Positions 1 through 10,514 of a stretch of 64,000 bases of DNA are shown here, piece by piece. Position 1 is the stretch's first letter. The number at the start of each line of letters is the position of its first letter. The notes beneath the pieces were generated by a model that was not told where the DNA came from, ran no database searches, and was given only the letters and a program-made list of their open reading frames with translations. The DNA is taken from positions 24,672-88,671 of the forward strand of contig JAWVEB010000002.1 in NCBI GenBank assembly GCA_033856915.1. Reading direction: 5' to 3'. The position numbers and the translations under genes are program-made. This DNA is from Blastocatellia bacterium (lineage in GTDB: Bacteria > Acidobacteriota > Blastocatellia > Pyrinomonadales > Pyrinomonadaceae).

Positions 1-956
1 AGGACAACTTTCTCTATCATAACCGCGGCGACGGGACGTTTGAGGAAGTCGCGACCCAACTCGGCGTCGAGAAGCCGAAGTGGAGCTTCCCAACCTGGTT
101 CTTCGATTACGACAACGACGGGCATCTCGATCTGTTCGTCGGCAGCTATTATTTTGCCGGCGGCGAGTGGGTGCGTCCCTACCTGGGATTGCCCAGGCAG
201 GGAGATTCGATGAAGCTTTACCGCAACACCGGCAAGGGGACATTCGTCGACGTCACACATGAGACCGGTCTCGACCGATCGGTCGCGGCGATGGGTGCAA
301 ATTTTGGAGATGTCGACAACGATGGGTTTCTCGACTTCTATCTCGGCACCGGCGCTCCGACTTACACGGCTCTAATGCCGAACCTTCTTTATCATAATCA
401 CGAAGGAAAATATTTCGTCGACATCAGCTCCTCGAGTGGAACCGGACATTTACAGAAAGGGCACGGAGTCTCCTTCGCGGATTTGGATAACGACGGCAAT
501 GAAGATCTGTTCGAGAATCTGGGTGGTGCGGTCCCGGGCGACAAGTACAACAGCGTCCTTTTCATGAACCCCGGGCACACAAACCGTTGGATCTCTATCA
601 AGCTGGTCGGCGTAAAGAGCAACCGGGCGGCGATTGGAGCCAAGATCAAGCTGACGCTTGCTGGCGCTGGGCCAGAGAGCGCAATTCGGTATCGCGAAGT
701 CTCGAGCGGCGGCTCGTTCGGCGCGTCACCGCTGATGCAACACATCGGCATTGGCAAGGCCCAGATCGCTTCCATCGAAGTGACCTGGCCTGCGAGCCGA
801 ACCCAGCAGGTGTTCAAGAACGTAGCACCTAATCAGTTCATCGAGATCAAAGAGTTCGAGAAGATCTTTACCAAACGACGCGTTCGACCCGTCACCTTCA
901 AACGACCGGCCGTCACTGACCCGCGTATGCCCCACCGCCACCCGGCAGGCGAGTAG
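1..956 (+). CDS. FG-GAP/VCBS-repeat protein with ASPIC/UnbV C-terminal domain (CRTAC1-like); 5' end lies outside the window
   Basis: The frame is open from base 3 (DNFLYHNRGDGTFEEV). It has repeated DxDxDG calcium-loop motifs (DYDNDGHLDLF, GDVDNDGFLDFYLG, FADLDNDGNEDLF). The tail NRWISIKLVGVKSNRAAIGAKI...YREVSSGGSFGASP is typical of ASPIC/UnbV. It is a paralogue of 1726..3477. Confidence 0.85.
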   Translation, partial: DNFLYHNRGDGTFEEVATQLGVEKPKWSFPTWFFDYDNDGHLDLFVGSYYFAGGEWVRPYLGLPRQGDSMKLYRNTGKGTFVDVTHETGLDRSVAAMGANFGDVDNDGFLDFYLGTGAPTYTALMPNLLYHNHEGKYFVDISSSSGTGHLQKGHGVSFADLDNDGNEDLFENLGGAVPGDKYNSVLFMNPGHTNRWISIKLVGVKSNRAAIGAKIKLTLAGAGPESAIRYREVSSGGSFGASPLMQHIGIGKAQIASIEVTWPASRTQQVFKNVAPNQFIEIKEFEKIFTKRRVRPVTFKRPAVTDPRMPHRHPAGE

Positions 957-987
957 GTAACTGTGCGTTGCCGGTTTGCCGTTCTCG

Positions 988-1392
988 CTAACGGGGACAA
1001 TTGAAATATCGAATAGGATTTTGGGTGTGTCGCACAGGCATGAGTTTGTCGACATATTTCTCGCGGATGTGCTCCGGGGCGACGTTGCCGGTAAATTCCG
1101 AGCGGCCTTCGTTTTTCGCTCCGCTGATTATGCGACCCTGAGATTTCAATTTCTCAACCCACCAATCGCTTTTGGATTGGCTGCCCGGAGCCCATTCAAC
1201 CACCTCGTAAACTTCCTTAATCACGCCCTTGTAAACGGCAAGAGCATAGCGCACCTTTCCTCCGCGTTTCCTGTCGACATGCCATAGGCCGCGCGTGCAG
1301 TTGTATAAGTCAGAGGCGCTTCTACAAAACGGGAACTGCTCGTTAATGCAGATCGCGATCACAGGATCGTCAATGGTAGCTATGTTGTTCAT
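988..1392 (-). CDS. hypothetical protein (134 aa)
   Basis: It is the longest ORF in this interval, with no overlapping competitor of better quality. I recognise no motif. Confidence 0.5.
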   Translation of the reverse strand: MNNIATIDDPVIAICINEQFPFCRSASDLYNCTRGLWHVDRKRGGKVRYALAVYKGVIKEVYEVVEWAPGSQSKSDWWVEKLKSQGRIISGAKNEGRSEFTGNVAPEHIREKYVDKLMPVRHTQNPIRYFNCPR

Positions 1393-1438
1393 TTGGTGGA
1401 AGCCTTCTGCGTCGGACTCATATCACCTATCGCCTTGA

Positions 1439-1457
1439 CTTGCTAGACGGTTGCCAA
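1439..1457 (-). promoter_or_regulatory. possible sigma-54 type -24/-12 element upstream of 988..1392
   Basis: The minus strand reads TTGGCAACCGTCTAGCAAG, which gives GG-N10-GC spacing (TGGCAa-N5-TaGCA). It sits ~45 nt upstream of the ATG at 1392. GCAACCGTCT occurs twice in tandem here. Confidence 0.3.
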
Positions 1458-1521
1458 CAACAGACGGTTGCTAATTAATGGGTTTACGAACGAGTCCTGG
1501 AAAGGACGCTGAAGTTGCCGG

Positions 1522-1644
1522 TACGGAACCGCGAGCGGTAGCGAGCGGGATAAGGACTCAACTTGCGCGAAAGTGCTCTTAAGGATAATTAACTTTTGGT
1601 GACGTTGAGTCTTTATTCCGCTCGCTACCGCTCGCGGTTCTGTA
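1522..1644. repeat. long imperfect inverted repeat (~41-nt arms, ~41-nt spacer), GAGCGGTAGCGA-core family
   Basis: The left arm is tacggaaccgcgagcggtagcgagcgggataaggactcaac. The right arm is gttgagtctttattccgctcgctaccgctcgcggttctgta. It lies just downstream of the stop of 1726..3477, so it could act as a terminator or REP-like element. Confidence 0.8.
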
Positions 1645-1725
1645 TCATTCAGAGCTTCACGGACTACAAATCCTCAGCTCTTCATCCCAGCAGTAAAACT
1701 GCTGGGCTACAATCATTCGTCCGCG

Positions 1726-3477
1726 TTAGCGGACTGATAAACCTACTCTTTGTGCAAAGCCATTGCGCGCGGTACTCTTCTTAATCCCGGCAAAGTCCTT
1801 CTGCTCAATCAAACCCTTCCCTTCTTTAATCGTCACAATCTTATTCACGCCGATGCCGGTCGCGGTGTCGACAACGCCGCTGGGCCAGCGCACCTCGATT
1901 GTGTCGACTGTAGTCCGCTTCTCGATGCCGAAGTGCAGTCTCAGATCGTTCTGCGAGAGATAACTGCCGCCGCTGCGGACCTCGTCTACCTGGGTCAGGC
2001 CGCCCGAGACGACCTTCACGCGCGCGCCGATGCCGTCCCGATTACTCTTCACACCGATCGTTTTCACGAGCACCGAGTTATTCCGGTTTCCACCGTCATT
2101 GCGCAATAGTTGTGGAGGCCCGTCCAGATCGTTAACGACGATATCGATGTCACCATCATTATCGATATCACCAAAAGCGGTCCCTCTGCTCGCGCGTTCT
2201 TCCGCCAGGGCGCTGCCGCACTGCATCGCAACCTCCGAAAAGGTTCCATCGCGATTGTTTCTGTGCAACAACTTGCGCTGACGATAGTGATCTCTCTGCG
2301 GGTAGGCGTGGCCGTTGGCAACGAACAGATCGACCCAGCCGTCGTTGTCGTAATCGAAGAACTTAGTTCCCCATCCAACGTAGGACAGGCTTACCGCGGC
2401 TACGCCGGCATTGTAGGAAACGTCCGTGAAAGAATTGCGAGCAACGTTGTGGTAAAGCACATTGTATTCATCGTCAAAGTTGGTGATGAATAGATCGAGT
2501 CTGCCATCGTGATCATAGTCACCCAGCGTGACACCCATGCAGCCCTGCTCGGCGCCGTTGCCGTTGACCGCCACGCCCGATTCAAATCCGATCTCGCTAA
2601 AGGTGCCGTTCCCGTTGTTATGGTAGAGATAATTCGGCGTCGAGTCGTTGGCGACGAAAATATCTACCCGGCCGTCTCCATCAAAATCACTGGCGACGAC
2701 GTCCAGCCCGTAGTAACCAATCGAGTCGTCAACGCCAGCCTTTTTCGAAACGTCGGTAAATGTCCCGTCGCCGTTATTGTGGTAGAGCGAGTCACCGGCT
2801 CCAGGCAGGCCTCTCGGACCACACTGCACCGGAACACCCTTGAACTGGCACGTCGGGCCCTCGCCGAATGCAGGTAGATGATTGACATCAAAGCCAACGT
2901 AATTCGTTACGAACAGGTCGAGCTTGCCGTCATTATCGTAATCCAGAAACGCCGCTCCAGTTGACCATCGCGGGTCGCCCACGCCGGCTTTCGAAGTCAC
3001 CTCGGTAAAGGTGCCGTTGCCGTTATTCTTTAAGAGATGGTTGGGACCTAAGCAGGTTACATACAGGTCGTCGAAGCCGTCGTTGTTGTAGTCGCCAACT
3101 GCCACCCCCATACCCCACCCGATATCGGCAACTCCCGCCTTGTCTGTAACGTCAGTAAACGTCCCGTCACCATTGTTGTGATAGAGAGCACTCCTGGTTC
3201 GCTTAGTCGACTTGAGCAGATCTACAGTCAAAGAGTTGACCAGAAAAATGTCCAGATAGCCGTCGTTGTCATAATCAAAGAGCGCCACCCCGCCGCTCAT
3301 TGACTCGACGATGTATTTCTTTTCCGGCGATGAAACGTGTTTGAAGGTGATACCGGCTTGGGCCGTGACATCGACGAACTGAACCGCATTCGACTGGCCA
3401 TGGATTATCTTGCAGGGCGCGATCATCAGCAGGGCGATTAGCGTTCTGATCAGAAACTTTTTCGGTTTAAATCCCAT
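1726..3477 (-). CDS. secreted FG-GAP/VCBS-repeat protein with ASPIC/UnbV C-terminal domain (CRTAC1-like)
   Basis: It has an N-terminal signal-like segment ([19 protein letters not shown]). There are at least 8 FG-GAP-like repeats ([60 protein letters not shown]) with recurrent [13 protein letters not shown]. The tail is [14 protein letters not shown]...[12 protein letters not shown]. Confidence 0.9.
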   Translation of the reverse strand: MGFKPKKFLIRTLIALLMIAPCKIIHGQSNAVQFVDVTAQAGITFKHVSSPEKKYIVESMSGGVALFDYDNDGYLDIFLVNSLTVDLLKSTKRTRSALYHNNGDGTFTDVTDKAGVADIGWGMGVAVGDYNNDGFDDLYVTCLGPNHLLKNNGNGTFTEVTSKAGVGDPRWSTGAAFLDYDNDGKLDLFVTNYVGFDVNHLPAFGEGPTCQFKGVPVQCGPRGLPGAGDSLYHNNGDGTFTDVSKKAGVDDSIGYYGLDVVASDFDGDGRVDIFVANDSTPNYLYHNNGNGTFSEIGFESGVAVNGNGAEQGCMGVTLGDYDHDGRLDLFITNFDDEYNVLYHNVARNSFTDVSYNAGVAAVSLSYVGWGTKFFDYDNDGWVDLFVANGHAYPQRDHYRQRKLLHRNNRDGTFSEVAMQCGSALAEERASRGTAFGDIDNDGDIDIVVNDLDGPPQLLRNDGGNRNNSVLVKTIGVKSNRDGIGARVKVVSGGLTQVDEVRSGGSYLSQNDLRLHFGIEKRTTVDTIEVRWPSGVVDTATGIGVNKIVTIKEGKGLIEQKDFAGIKKSTARNGFAQRVGLSVR

Positions 3478-3502
3478 AGGTTTGATTTTAGGATGCCTTG
3501 AG

Positions 3503-3612
3503 TGATGAAGTCAGTACCGGGAGCGGTAGCGACCGGGTTATCGTCCAACTGAGCTCGACCATCGCGTGAGTTGAGAACCCGGTCGCTACCGCTCCCGGTA
3601 CTGACCTCATCA
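3503..3612. repeat. inverted repeat (37-nt arms, 1 mismatch, 36-nt spacer), same core family as 1522..1644
   Basis: The arms are tgatgaagtcagtaccgggagcggtagcgaccgggtt and aacccggtcgctaccgctcccggtactgacctcatca. It is intergenic between the TPR gene stop (3645) and the CRTAC1-like start (3477). Confidence 0.85.
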
Positions 3613-3644
3613 TACGCGGCGTCCCGCTGCGCTTGCCGCCGCAC

Positions 3645-5408
3645 TTACTGATCCTTCCGGCCCGGCGCGGTCTTTCTGAGCTGATTCAACATCTCAAGAA
3701 GAGCGTGGAGCTGGGGCGAATCGCCGGTAACTTTTGCCATCCGCTGAATTGCCTGGTCAGCGAGATCAGTCTTCCCCTGCTTGATCAGAGAAAAACCGAG
3801 CGCGTAATAGAGATCGATGTTAGTTGATTCGGAAGTGACCAGGTCCGCCAGGAGTTCGGAGGCCTTGGGATAGTCGGAGGTCTTGAAATAGCTCAAGCCT
3901 AACAGCCAACGGGCACGGATATTTTGTGGGTGAGTCTTTACTTCTGTCTCCAACGGCGGCACCGCGTCCTTGTAGGATTCTGATCGAAAGTATGCGAGGC
4001 CGAGGTTGTAGTCAACATCCTCCTGTTGCGGGTTCCAGTTCGCCGCCAGCCGAAACTGCTCGGCCGCCGCTCGGAAGTCGCCTCGGTCCGCTCGCAGCAA
4101 TCCGATACTGCTGTGAGTCGCCGCAAGTATCTTCGCATAGTAATCTTCGGCGGTCTCCAATTCTCGTCTCGCCTTTTCATCCGGCACGTTCGAGGCCGTT
4201 GTCGTGCTGACGACTGAGCCCATGCCGGGCAGCTTATCCTCTTGCTCGGGCAATTGAGACGTGCCCATCGCCGATGGGCCCGCGCCCGACGTTTGCGCCA
4301 TCTTGAAGGCTGCGGCTTTCAGTTCCGAGCTTAACCGCAACTCTTTTTGGGCCGCTTCTGCCTGCCCAACTTTGAGCAAAGACTGTGCGAGCCGATAATG
4401 CGCAGTCGTCACCTGGAATTTGTTGTGGGCCAAGTCCGGATTAAGAACAATGGATTTCTTGAGTGCCTCTATTGCCTGATCGTGCTTCTCTAACTCCTGA
4501 TAAGCCTGGCCGAGCTGAAAATACGGATCCGGATTGTCGGCCTGGACTCGGGAGGCGTTCTTTAGAAAGGCAATCGCAAGGTCCCACTTTCGTTGGAAGA
4601 TATAAACGATACCGAGATAATAGTTGGCAAAGTATTCGTCCGGGTTTGAAGCCAACTCAGTTTTGAACTCTCGCTCCGCGTCGTCCAGGCGCGAGGCGCC
4701 CTCGTTCATTAGATAAGCGAGCGCCAGGTTGTCGTGAACGCGGGCCAGAGTGGGATTGAGCGCGATGGCTTTCTTGAACTCATCTATTGCCTCGGGCAGA
4801 CGGCCGGCCACTCGGAACGCCCGGCCGATCACGACATGAAGCTCCGGCTGGTCGCCGAGGTGCTGAAGCATCCAATCAAAGACTTGCCTAGCATCATTGA
4901 ACTGGCGCTGCTGCAGGTACGCTATCGCAAGCGTGAAACTGGTATCGAAGTCATTCGAGCCGAGATCCACGGCCACTTTGAGTTCAGCGGCAGCCTTGTC
5001 GTATTCGCGCAGGGCAAAATAGGTCTTACCCAGCATGCTGTGAGCGCTGAGACTTTTCGGGTTGATGCCGATGGCTTTGTGTAAGGGTTCAAGAGCTTTA
5101 TCAAACAGGCCTGCCTCGAAGTATGTGACTGCAAGTTCTGACAAAGTCTCGTCGGAAGCAGGTTGATAGAGAGAGGCATCCTCGAGTGCCGCGATTGCCT
5201 GTTTATGCTTCTGCTGCGCCGAATAGATTTTTCCCACCGCGCGGTATCCCTCCGCCAGGATTGCAGTGTATTCGGCTTCCGCTCCAGCGAAATTGCCCGC
5301 GCGAGCTTGCGCTTCCGCAGCCTCAGAATGTTGTTTGAGCTTATCTTGCGGCGACTGGAATACGAGAGGTAGCAGTAAAAGCGATAGGAATCTCAAACCT
5401 ACATTCAT
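3645..5408 (-). CDS. secreted tetratricopeptide (TPR) repeat protein
   Basis: It has a signal-like N-terminus (MNVGLRFLSLLLLPLVFQ). Many 34-aa TPR-like units follow (AxxxYxxAL..xP motifs such as FDKALEPLHKAIGINP, YDKAAAELKVAVDLGS, LPEAIDEFKKAIALNP, HDQAIEALKKSIVLNP). Confidence 0.85.
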   Translation of the reverse strand: MNVGLRFLSLLLLPLVFQSPQDKLKQHSEAAEAQARAGNFAGAEAEYTAILAEGYRAVGKIYSAQQKHKQAIAALEDASLYQPASDETLSELAVTYFEAGLFDKALEPLHKAIGINPKSLSAHSMLGKTYFALREYDKAAAELKVAVDLGSNDFDTSFTLAIAYLQQRQFNDARQVFDWMLQHLGDQPELHVVIGRAFRVAGRLPEAIDEFKKAIALNPTLARVHDNLALAYLMNEGASRLDDAEREFKTELASNPDEYFANYYLGIVYIFQRKWDLAIAFLKNASRVQADNPDPYFQLGQAYQELEKHDQAIEALKKSIVLNPDLAHNKFQVTTAHYRLAQSLLKVGQAEAAQKELRLSSELKAAAFKMAQTSGAGPSAMGTSQLPEQEDKLPGMGSVVSTTTASNVPDEKARRELETAEDYYAKILAATHSSIGLLRADRGDFRAAAEQFRLAANWNPQQEDVDYNLGLAYFRSESYKDAVPPLETEVKTHPQNIRARWLLGLSYFKTSDYPKASELLADLVTSESTNIDLYYALGFSLIKQGKTDLADQAIQRMAKVTGDSPQLHALLEMLNQLRKTAPGRKDQ

Positions 5409-5977
5409 CGCTTTGTTCTCTAGCGTGATGTCTCAGATATTCGTTTCATCGATTAATCAACGGGCCCGAGCCTGAACGTAAAGGGAAGCCTCAGGCTTGA
5501 CCCATCGCTAACACATGAGCCCTCCCTCGTGGTCGGGCGAGCGCCTCGTATGGCAGGCGCAGATCTTATGAGCTGACTTTAGGCACCATACGCGCGAAGC
5601 TCAGAACGATGTGGCCGATTTGTCCTACGCAATTGCTAAACAGAGAGGCAATCAACGCCATACTCTCCTATCCGCTAATCCTGGAGGCGCTATGGCTAAA
5701 GTTAACATCGACCTTCTTGCTGCGGAGAAATCAAATGGAAACGACCTCTTAGTTTGGCACACAGAATAGCATGCGCTGCTTCCTGGGCTACAACGTAAAA
5801 GGCGCACTGGTAGATATGTTGAAAGGCAAGCGGCTGATTATTGGACGAGCAATCAGGAACAGATCCTTACGCCGCTCTTAGAGGCACTTCACACGCTATC
5901 GACGCCACCCGAGATTCACCGTTCTAAGTTCAAATGCGGCCGCTCTCCCTCCCAGTTCTGTAACAACCGTCCATCTT

Positions 5978-6406
5978 TCACCCCGTGTTCCGTAAGCCCG
6001 CGGCGATGCCGTTGATAGTCGCGGCCAGTGCGTAATCTAAATTCACGTCGTCTTCGCCGCCTCGCTTGCGGCGGAGCAGAGCCACCTGAATCATGCTTAG
6101 CGGATCGACGAACGGGTTACGCAAACGAATCGACCGCGCCAACACGGGATTCTTCTCGAGCAAACGGGTCTGCCCGGTCAGGCGCAACACCGCGCGCTTG
6201 CTCCTTTCGAACTCTTCAACGACCATGCCGAACACACGCTCGCGCAACGAACTGAGGAATGAAGGCATGAGCGAAAGGGAGCCACAGTTTCTCGTAGGAC
6301 CAGGAATTCGGATCGGATCGCGGGCATCCCTGTCGGCCTGCGCGCACAGCGCGCTCAGCCACCAACTCCATGGCAATGAAGTTTGTGCGGTGATCCTCGT
6401 AGCCAA
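5978..6406 (-). pseudogene. ppc: C-terminal remnant of phosphoenolpyruvate carboxylase
   Basis: The ORF ends ...LLEKNPVLARSIRLRNPFVDPLSMIQVALLRRKR...ATINGIAAGLRNTG, the hallmark Ppc C-terminus. Only ~100 aa look Ppc-like, and the other ~800 aa expected upstream are absent because the next gene starts at 6520. Confidence 0.75.
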
Positions 6407-6519
6407 AGATTAGAGTCAGAGATCAGGAGGCACTAAAGACGCGCGGATGAACTGTGGCAGCGCAGAATGAAAACCAAAGTAATGATCATATCACCGTAAC
6501 TGGGCGCCAAAAGGCCCGA

Positions 6520-7689
6520 TCAAGGATTCGTCGGCTGGCCGTCTTCTTTCCTCTTATCCAGCGGCACCACTTGCACGGTGGCATCGCGAACTTCACGCAA
6601 GAAGCGGTTAATAACTGAGCCACGCAGCAGAATGTCCCAGCGTGAACGCGCTGACTGCCCAAAGATGACGTGGGTGATCCCTTCGCGCCGCGCAAACTCG
6701 ATGAGCGCGTCAGCAACCCTGCGTCCGCTCAGCTTGACGACCTTCGCTCCTAATTGTTCCGCGAAGCGAATGTTCTCGACCAGATGAGCATGGTCCTCCG
6801 GCTTGATGCGTCCGGGCTCTTCGCTTGGTGTTTCGACGTACACGGCATACCACTCGCCGACAAATCGTGCCGCAACCCGTGAGCCCACGCGCAATAGTTT
6901 TTTGGCGCTGCCACGAGAGGCTATGCAGGCCATCACCTTTTCGGGAATGCATGCTTGCTCCAAGCCCTCGCGCTCGCGATAGTCGTGCGCTTTCGCGGCC
7001 TGGTCGGCGGCGACTTGTCTGAGCGCAAGCTCGCGCAGCGCCGTGAGGTTACCTTTGCGGAAAAAATTATTCAGGGCCTGCTGGATTTTTTCGACGCCGT
7101 AAATTTTGCCTTGCCGCAGGCGTGTGCGCAGCGTCTCGACCGAAACGTCAATGTCGATCACTTCATCGGCGCGTTTCAGAAAAGTGTCAGGTATGGTCTC
7201 TCTAACCTTGACGCCGGTGATGCGTGCGATGGCATCGTTGAGTGACTCGATGTGTTGGATGTTTACAGCGGTGATTACAGAAATGCCCGCTGCCAGCAAT
7301 TCCAGGACGTTCTGGTAACGCTTCTCATGCTTTGAACCGGGCACATTGGTGTGGGCCAGCTCGTCCACTATCGCTACCGCTGGACGCCGTGCGATCACAG
7401 CGTCGACATCAATCTCCTCAAATGTCGCACCGCAATATTCGATTCGTTTTAAGGGCACTAGTTCGAGCCCTTTGACGAGCGCTTCGGTGTCGATGCGATC
7501 ATGCGGTTCGATCAAGGCGAGTACGACATCAACGCCCTGGCGCCTGAGGTCGTGAGCTTCCTCCAGCATCCGGAATGTCTTGCCTACGCCCGCCGCCGCT
7601 CCGATATAGACGCGCAGACGCGCCTGTCCCTCCGCTTTGAGTTTAGCGAGCAGGGATTCAGGAGACCGTCTGCGAATGACTTCTTGCAT
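6520..7689 (-). CDS. kdpD: stand-alone KdpD N-terminal sensor module (KdpD domain + USP-like domain), no kinase part
   Basis: Motifs seen are RVYIGAAAGVGKTFRMLEEA, VDELAHTNVPGSKHEKRYQNVLELLAAGISVITAVNIQHIESLND and a USP-like tail (KVMACIASRGSAKKLL...). It lies directly downstream of kdpC. It lacks any TM, HisKA or HATPase region. Confidence 0.85.
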   Translation of the reverse strand: MQEVIRRRSPESLLAKLKAEGQARLRVYIGAAAGVGKTFRMLEEAHDLRRQGVDVVLALIEPHDRIDTEALVKGLELVPLKRIEYCGATFEEIDVDAVIARRPAVAIVDELAHTNVPGSKHEKRYQNVLELLAAGISVITAVNIQHIESLNDAIARITGVKVRETIPDTFLKRADEVIDIDVSVETLRTRLRQGKIYGVEKIQQALNNFFRKGNLTALRELALRQVAADQAAKAHDYREREGLEQACIPEKVMACIASRGSAKKLLRVGSRVAARFVGEWYAVYVETPSEEPGRIKPEDHAHLVENIRFAEQLGAKVVKLSGRRVADALIEFARREGITHVIFGQSARSRWDILLRGSVINRFLREVRDATVQVVPLDKRKEDGQPTNP

Positions 7690-7704
7690 AGTTCTTGAGC
7701 AGGA

Positions 7705-8283
7705 CTATTTCTTTGTCATGGGCTTGCGCTCATCAAGCTCCAGATTCAATAGCAGGACATTTACGCTCGGTTCACCTAACAATCCGAGCGTCCTTCCTTC
7801 GGTGTGCTTTGCAACTAACCAATCAACTTCACTTTCACTCATCCCACGCTCACGCGCCACGCGCGGTATCTGAAAATCAGCCCCTGCCGGCGAAATGTGC
7901 GGATCGAGTCCGGATGCTGAAGTAGTTACGAGATCGATGGGAATGGCCTTGCCCGGATTTTCGGCTTGCAACTTCGCCACGTCGGCTTTGACGCGGTCGA
8001 TCAACTTCTGATTGGTTGGCCCGAGGTTCGATCCCGAAGATGCTCCGGCGTCATAACCGGTGCCCGCGGCACTTGGGCGTGGATGAAAATAACCCGGACC
8101 GGAGAATTGTTGGCCAATGATTCTTGAGCCAATGATTGTGCCGTCGCTGCCCTTGATGAGTTGGCCGTTGGCTTTGTCCGGAAAAGCAAGTTGCGCGATG
8201 CCCGTGACAGCGAGTGGGTAGACTAAGCCGACCAAAATCGTGGTTACGATCGTCATTAAGATTGCTGTTAGAAGATTCTTCAT
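7705..8283 (-). CDS. kdpC: K+-transporting ATPase subunit C
   Basis: It has an N-terminal TM helix plus SGSNLGPTNQKLIDRV and TTSASGLDPHISPAGA motifs. Its position after kdpB fits. Confidence 0.93.
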   Translation of the reverse strand: MKNLLTAILMTIVTTILVGLVYPLAVTGIAQLAFPDKANGQLIKGSDGTIIGSRIIGQQFSGPGYFHPRPSAAGTGYDAGASSGSNLGPTNQKLIDRVKADVAKLQAENPGKAIPIDLVTTSASGLDPHISPAGADFQIPRVARERGMSESEVDWLVAKHTEGRTLGLLGEPSVNVLLLNLELDERKPMTKK

Positions 8284-8375
8284 ATTGTTTTCCTCGGCAT
8301 CGATGTCAGAAGGCCGACCTTCTGGGAGGCCCCGCTTCCATTAGTAGCCCTCCCTAACGGCCGTGCTTCTGACAC

Positions 8376-10427
8376 TCATGCCAACCCGATCGCGTGGACT
8401 ATCACATCGATGATCTTGATGCCAACAAACGGTGCAATCAGACCACCGAATCCGTAGATAAACAGATTGCGTCGCAGTAGCGCGGCTGCGCTCATCGCCC
8501 GATACTTGACGCCTCGCAAGGCCAGCGGGATTAGCGCGATAATCACCAGGGCGTTAAAGATGACGGCTGAAAGAATTGCCGACTGAGGAGTGCGCAGGCC
8601 CATGATGTTCAGCGCATTCAAGACAGGAAAAGCGACCGCGAACATGGCCGGAATGATTGCGAAATACTTCGCCACGTCATTGGCAATCGAAAAAGTCGTC
8701 AGCGCTCCGCGCGTCATCAGGAGTTGCTTTCCGATCTCGACAACCTCGATCAACTTCGTCGGATTGGAATCCAGGTCAACCATATTACCGGCTTCTTTCG
8801 CCGCCTGGGTTCCAGTGTTCATGGCGACGCCAACATCAGCTTGCGCCAAAGCCGGCGCATCATTCGTTCCGTCGCCTGTCATTGCTACCAACTTGCCGCC
8901 TGCCTGCTCATCTTTGATCAATTTCATTTTGTCTTCCGGCGTTGCTTGTGCGAGAAAGTCATCCACTCCGGCTTCACGAGCAATGGTCGCCGCCGTCAGT
9001 GGATTGTCGCCCGTGATCATCACGGTCTTGATTCCCATTTGTCGCAGTTGCGCGAATCGCTCCTTCATTCCGCCCTTCACAATGTCCTTCAGGTAAATTG
9101 CTCCCAGAGCGCGCTTGTCATAAGCAACAACGAGCGGCGTGCCGCCCTCCGTTGAGATTCTTTCCACGATACTGGTTAGTTCGGCCGACGGGCCTTGACC
9201 ATTGCCGGCCGTATATCTCGCAATTGCATCCACCGCGCCTTTGCGGATCTCAACCCCATTAACATCGACGCCTGACATCCTTGTCTGCGCGGTAAAAGGA
9301 ATGAAGGTCGCTTCATGCATCCCGAGTTCCCGCCCTCGCAGTCCGTACCTTTCTTTCGCCAGAACAACGATCGAACGGCCTTCCGGAGTTTCATCCGCGA
9401 GCGACGAAAGTTGTGCGGCATCAGCCAGGATATTCTCGTCCACTCCAATCAGGGGAATGAACTCCGTCGCCTGTCTGTTGCCGAGCGTGATGGTCCCGGT
9501 CTTATCCAGCAGGAGAGTGTTCACGTCGCCCGCCGCCTCGACGGCGCGGCCGGACATCGCCAGCACGTTATGTTGAATCAGCCGATCCATACCGGCGATG
9601 CCGATCGCTGAAAGCAGACCGCCAATGGTTGTCGGAATCAGGCAGACCAGCAGTGATACCAGCACAAAGATTGTTTGCGGCGCACTCGAATAGATAGCGA
9701 ACGGCTGTAGCGTCACAACTGCGAGCAGGAAGATAATCGTTAGGCCTGCCAGGAGAATGTTGAGTGCGATCTCGTTCGGTGTCTTTTGTCGTTCGGCGCC
9801 TTCCACCAGCGCGATCATGCGATCGATGAATGTTTCACCGGGATTCGAAGTGATGCGGATTTTGATCTGGTCAGACAACACGCGTGTACCGCCGGTGACG
9901 GCCGAACGATCACCGCCCGCTTCACGAATCACGGGCGCCGATTCCCCTGTGATGGCCGACTCGTCGACCGACGCCACTCCTTCGATGATTTCACCATCGC
10001 CAGGAATGAACTCTCCCGCCACCACCAGCACCACATCCTCTTTGCGCAGTTCTGTCGCGCCGACGACCTCAGTCTTGCCATTGGTCAACAGGCGCGTGGC
10101 CGTTGTCTCGGTTCTGCTCTTGCGCAAATTGTCGGCTTGCGCCTTGCCTCTTCCTTCGGCCATCGCTTCGGCGAAGTTGGCAAACAGAACCGTGAACCAC
10201 AGCCATAGGGTGATTTGTAATTCAAACTTGGTATTGGTTACGCCGGGAATTGGTGCGACTAATCCGCGCATGAGTTGGAGCGTCGTCAGAAAGCTGCCGA
10301 CTTCGACAACAAACATGACGGGATTTTTCATCATCGAGCGCGGGTTCAACTTCACGATTGAGTCTACGATCGCACGCTTAACGATTTGCGAGTTCCAGAT
10401 TGCTTTAGTTTTCGTTTGTTTGATCAT
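8376..10427 (-). CDS. kdpB: K+-transporting P-type ATPase subunit B
   Basis: It has the phosphorylation motif [13 protein letters not shown], the hinge [18 protein letters not shown], and ITGDNPLTA. The 683-aa length is typical. Confidence 0.96.
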   Translation of the reverse strand: MIKQTKTKAIWNSQIVKRAIVDSIVKLNPRSMMKNPVMFVVEVGSFLTTLQLMRGLVAPIPGVTNTKFELQITLWLWFTVLFANFAEAMAEGRGKAQADNLRKSRTETTATRLLTNGKTEVVGATELRKEDVVLVVAGEFIPGDGEIIEGVASVDESAITGESAPVIREAGGDRSAVTGGTRVLSDQIKIRITSNPGETFIDRMIALVEGAERQKTPNEIALNILLAGLTIIFLLAVVTLQPFAIYSSAPQTIFVLVSLLVCLIPTTIGGLLSAIGIAGMDRLIQHNVLAMSGRAVEAAGDVNTLLLDKTGTITLGNRQATEFIPLIGVDENILADAAQLSSLADETPEGRSIVVLAKERYGLRGRELGMHEATFIPFTAQTRMSGVDVNGVEIRKGAVDAIARYTAGNGQGPSAELTSIVERISTEGGTPLVVAYDKRALGAIYLKDIVKGGMKERFAQLRQMGIKTVMITGDNPLTAATIAREAGVDDFLAQATPEDKMKLIKDEQAGGKLVAMTGDGTNDAPALAQADVGVAMNTGTQAAKEAGNMVDLDSNPTKLIEVVEIGKQLLMTRGALTTFSIANDVAKYFAIIPAMFAVAFPVLNALNIMGLRTPQSAILSAVIFNALVIIALIPLALRGVKYRAMSAAALLRRNLFIYGFGGLIAPFVGIKIIDVIVHAIGLA

Positions 10428-10435
10428 GACTCTTC

Positions 10436-10512
10436 AATTTCGGATTGCGAATTTCGGATTGCGAAATCAAGACCAAATCCTTCTGCAAATTCGAAATTCG
10501 CAGTTCGCAATT
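10436..10512. repeat. imperfect inverted repeat built from TTCGGATTGCGAA-like units, between kdpA stop and kdpB start
   Basis: The left part is aatttcggattgcgaatttcggattgcgaaat (a tandem unit x2). The right part is gcaaattcgaaattcgcagttcgcaatt, its approximate reverse complement. Confidence 0.65.
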
Positions 10513-10514
10513 CT

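Noticed and set aside
5409-5977. Possible ncRNA or riboswitch in the ORF-free tract
   Set aside because: I could see no conserved-looking structure, promoter/terminator pair or known riboswitch core. It is more simply explained as decayed sequence next to the ppc remnant.
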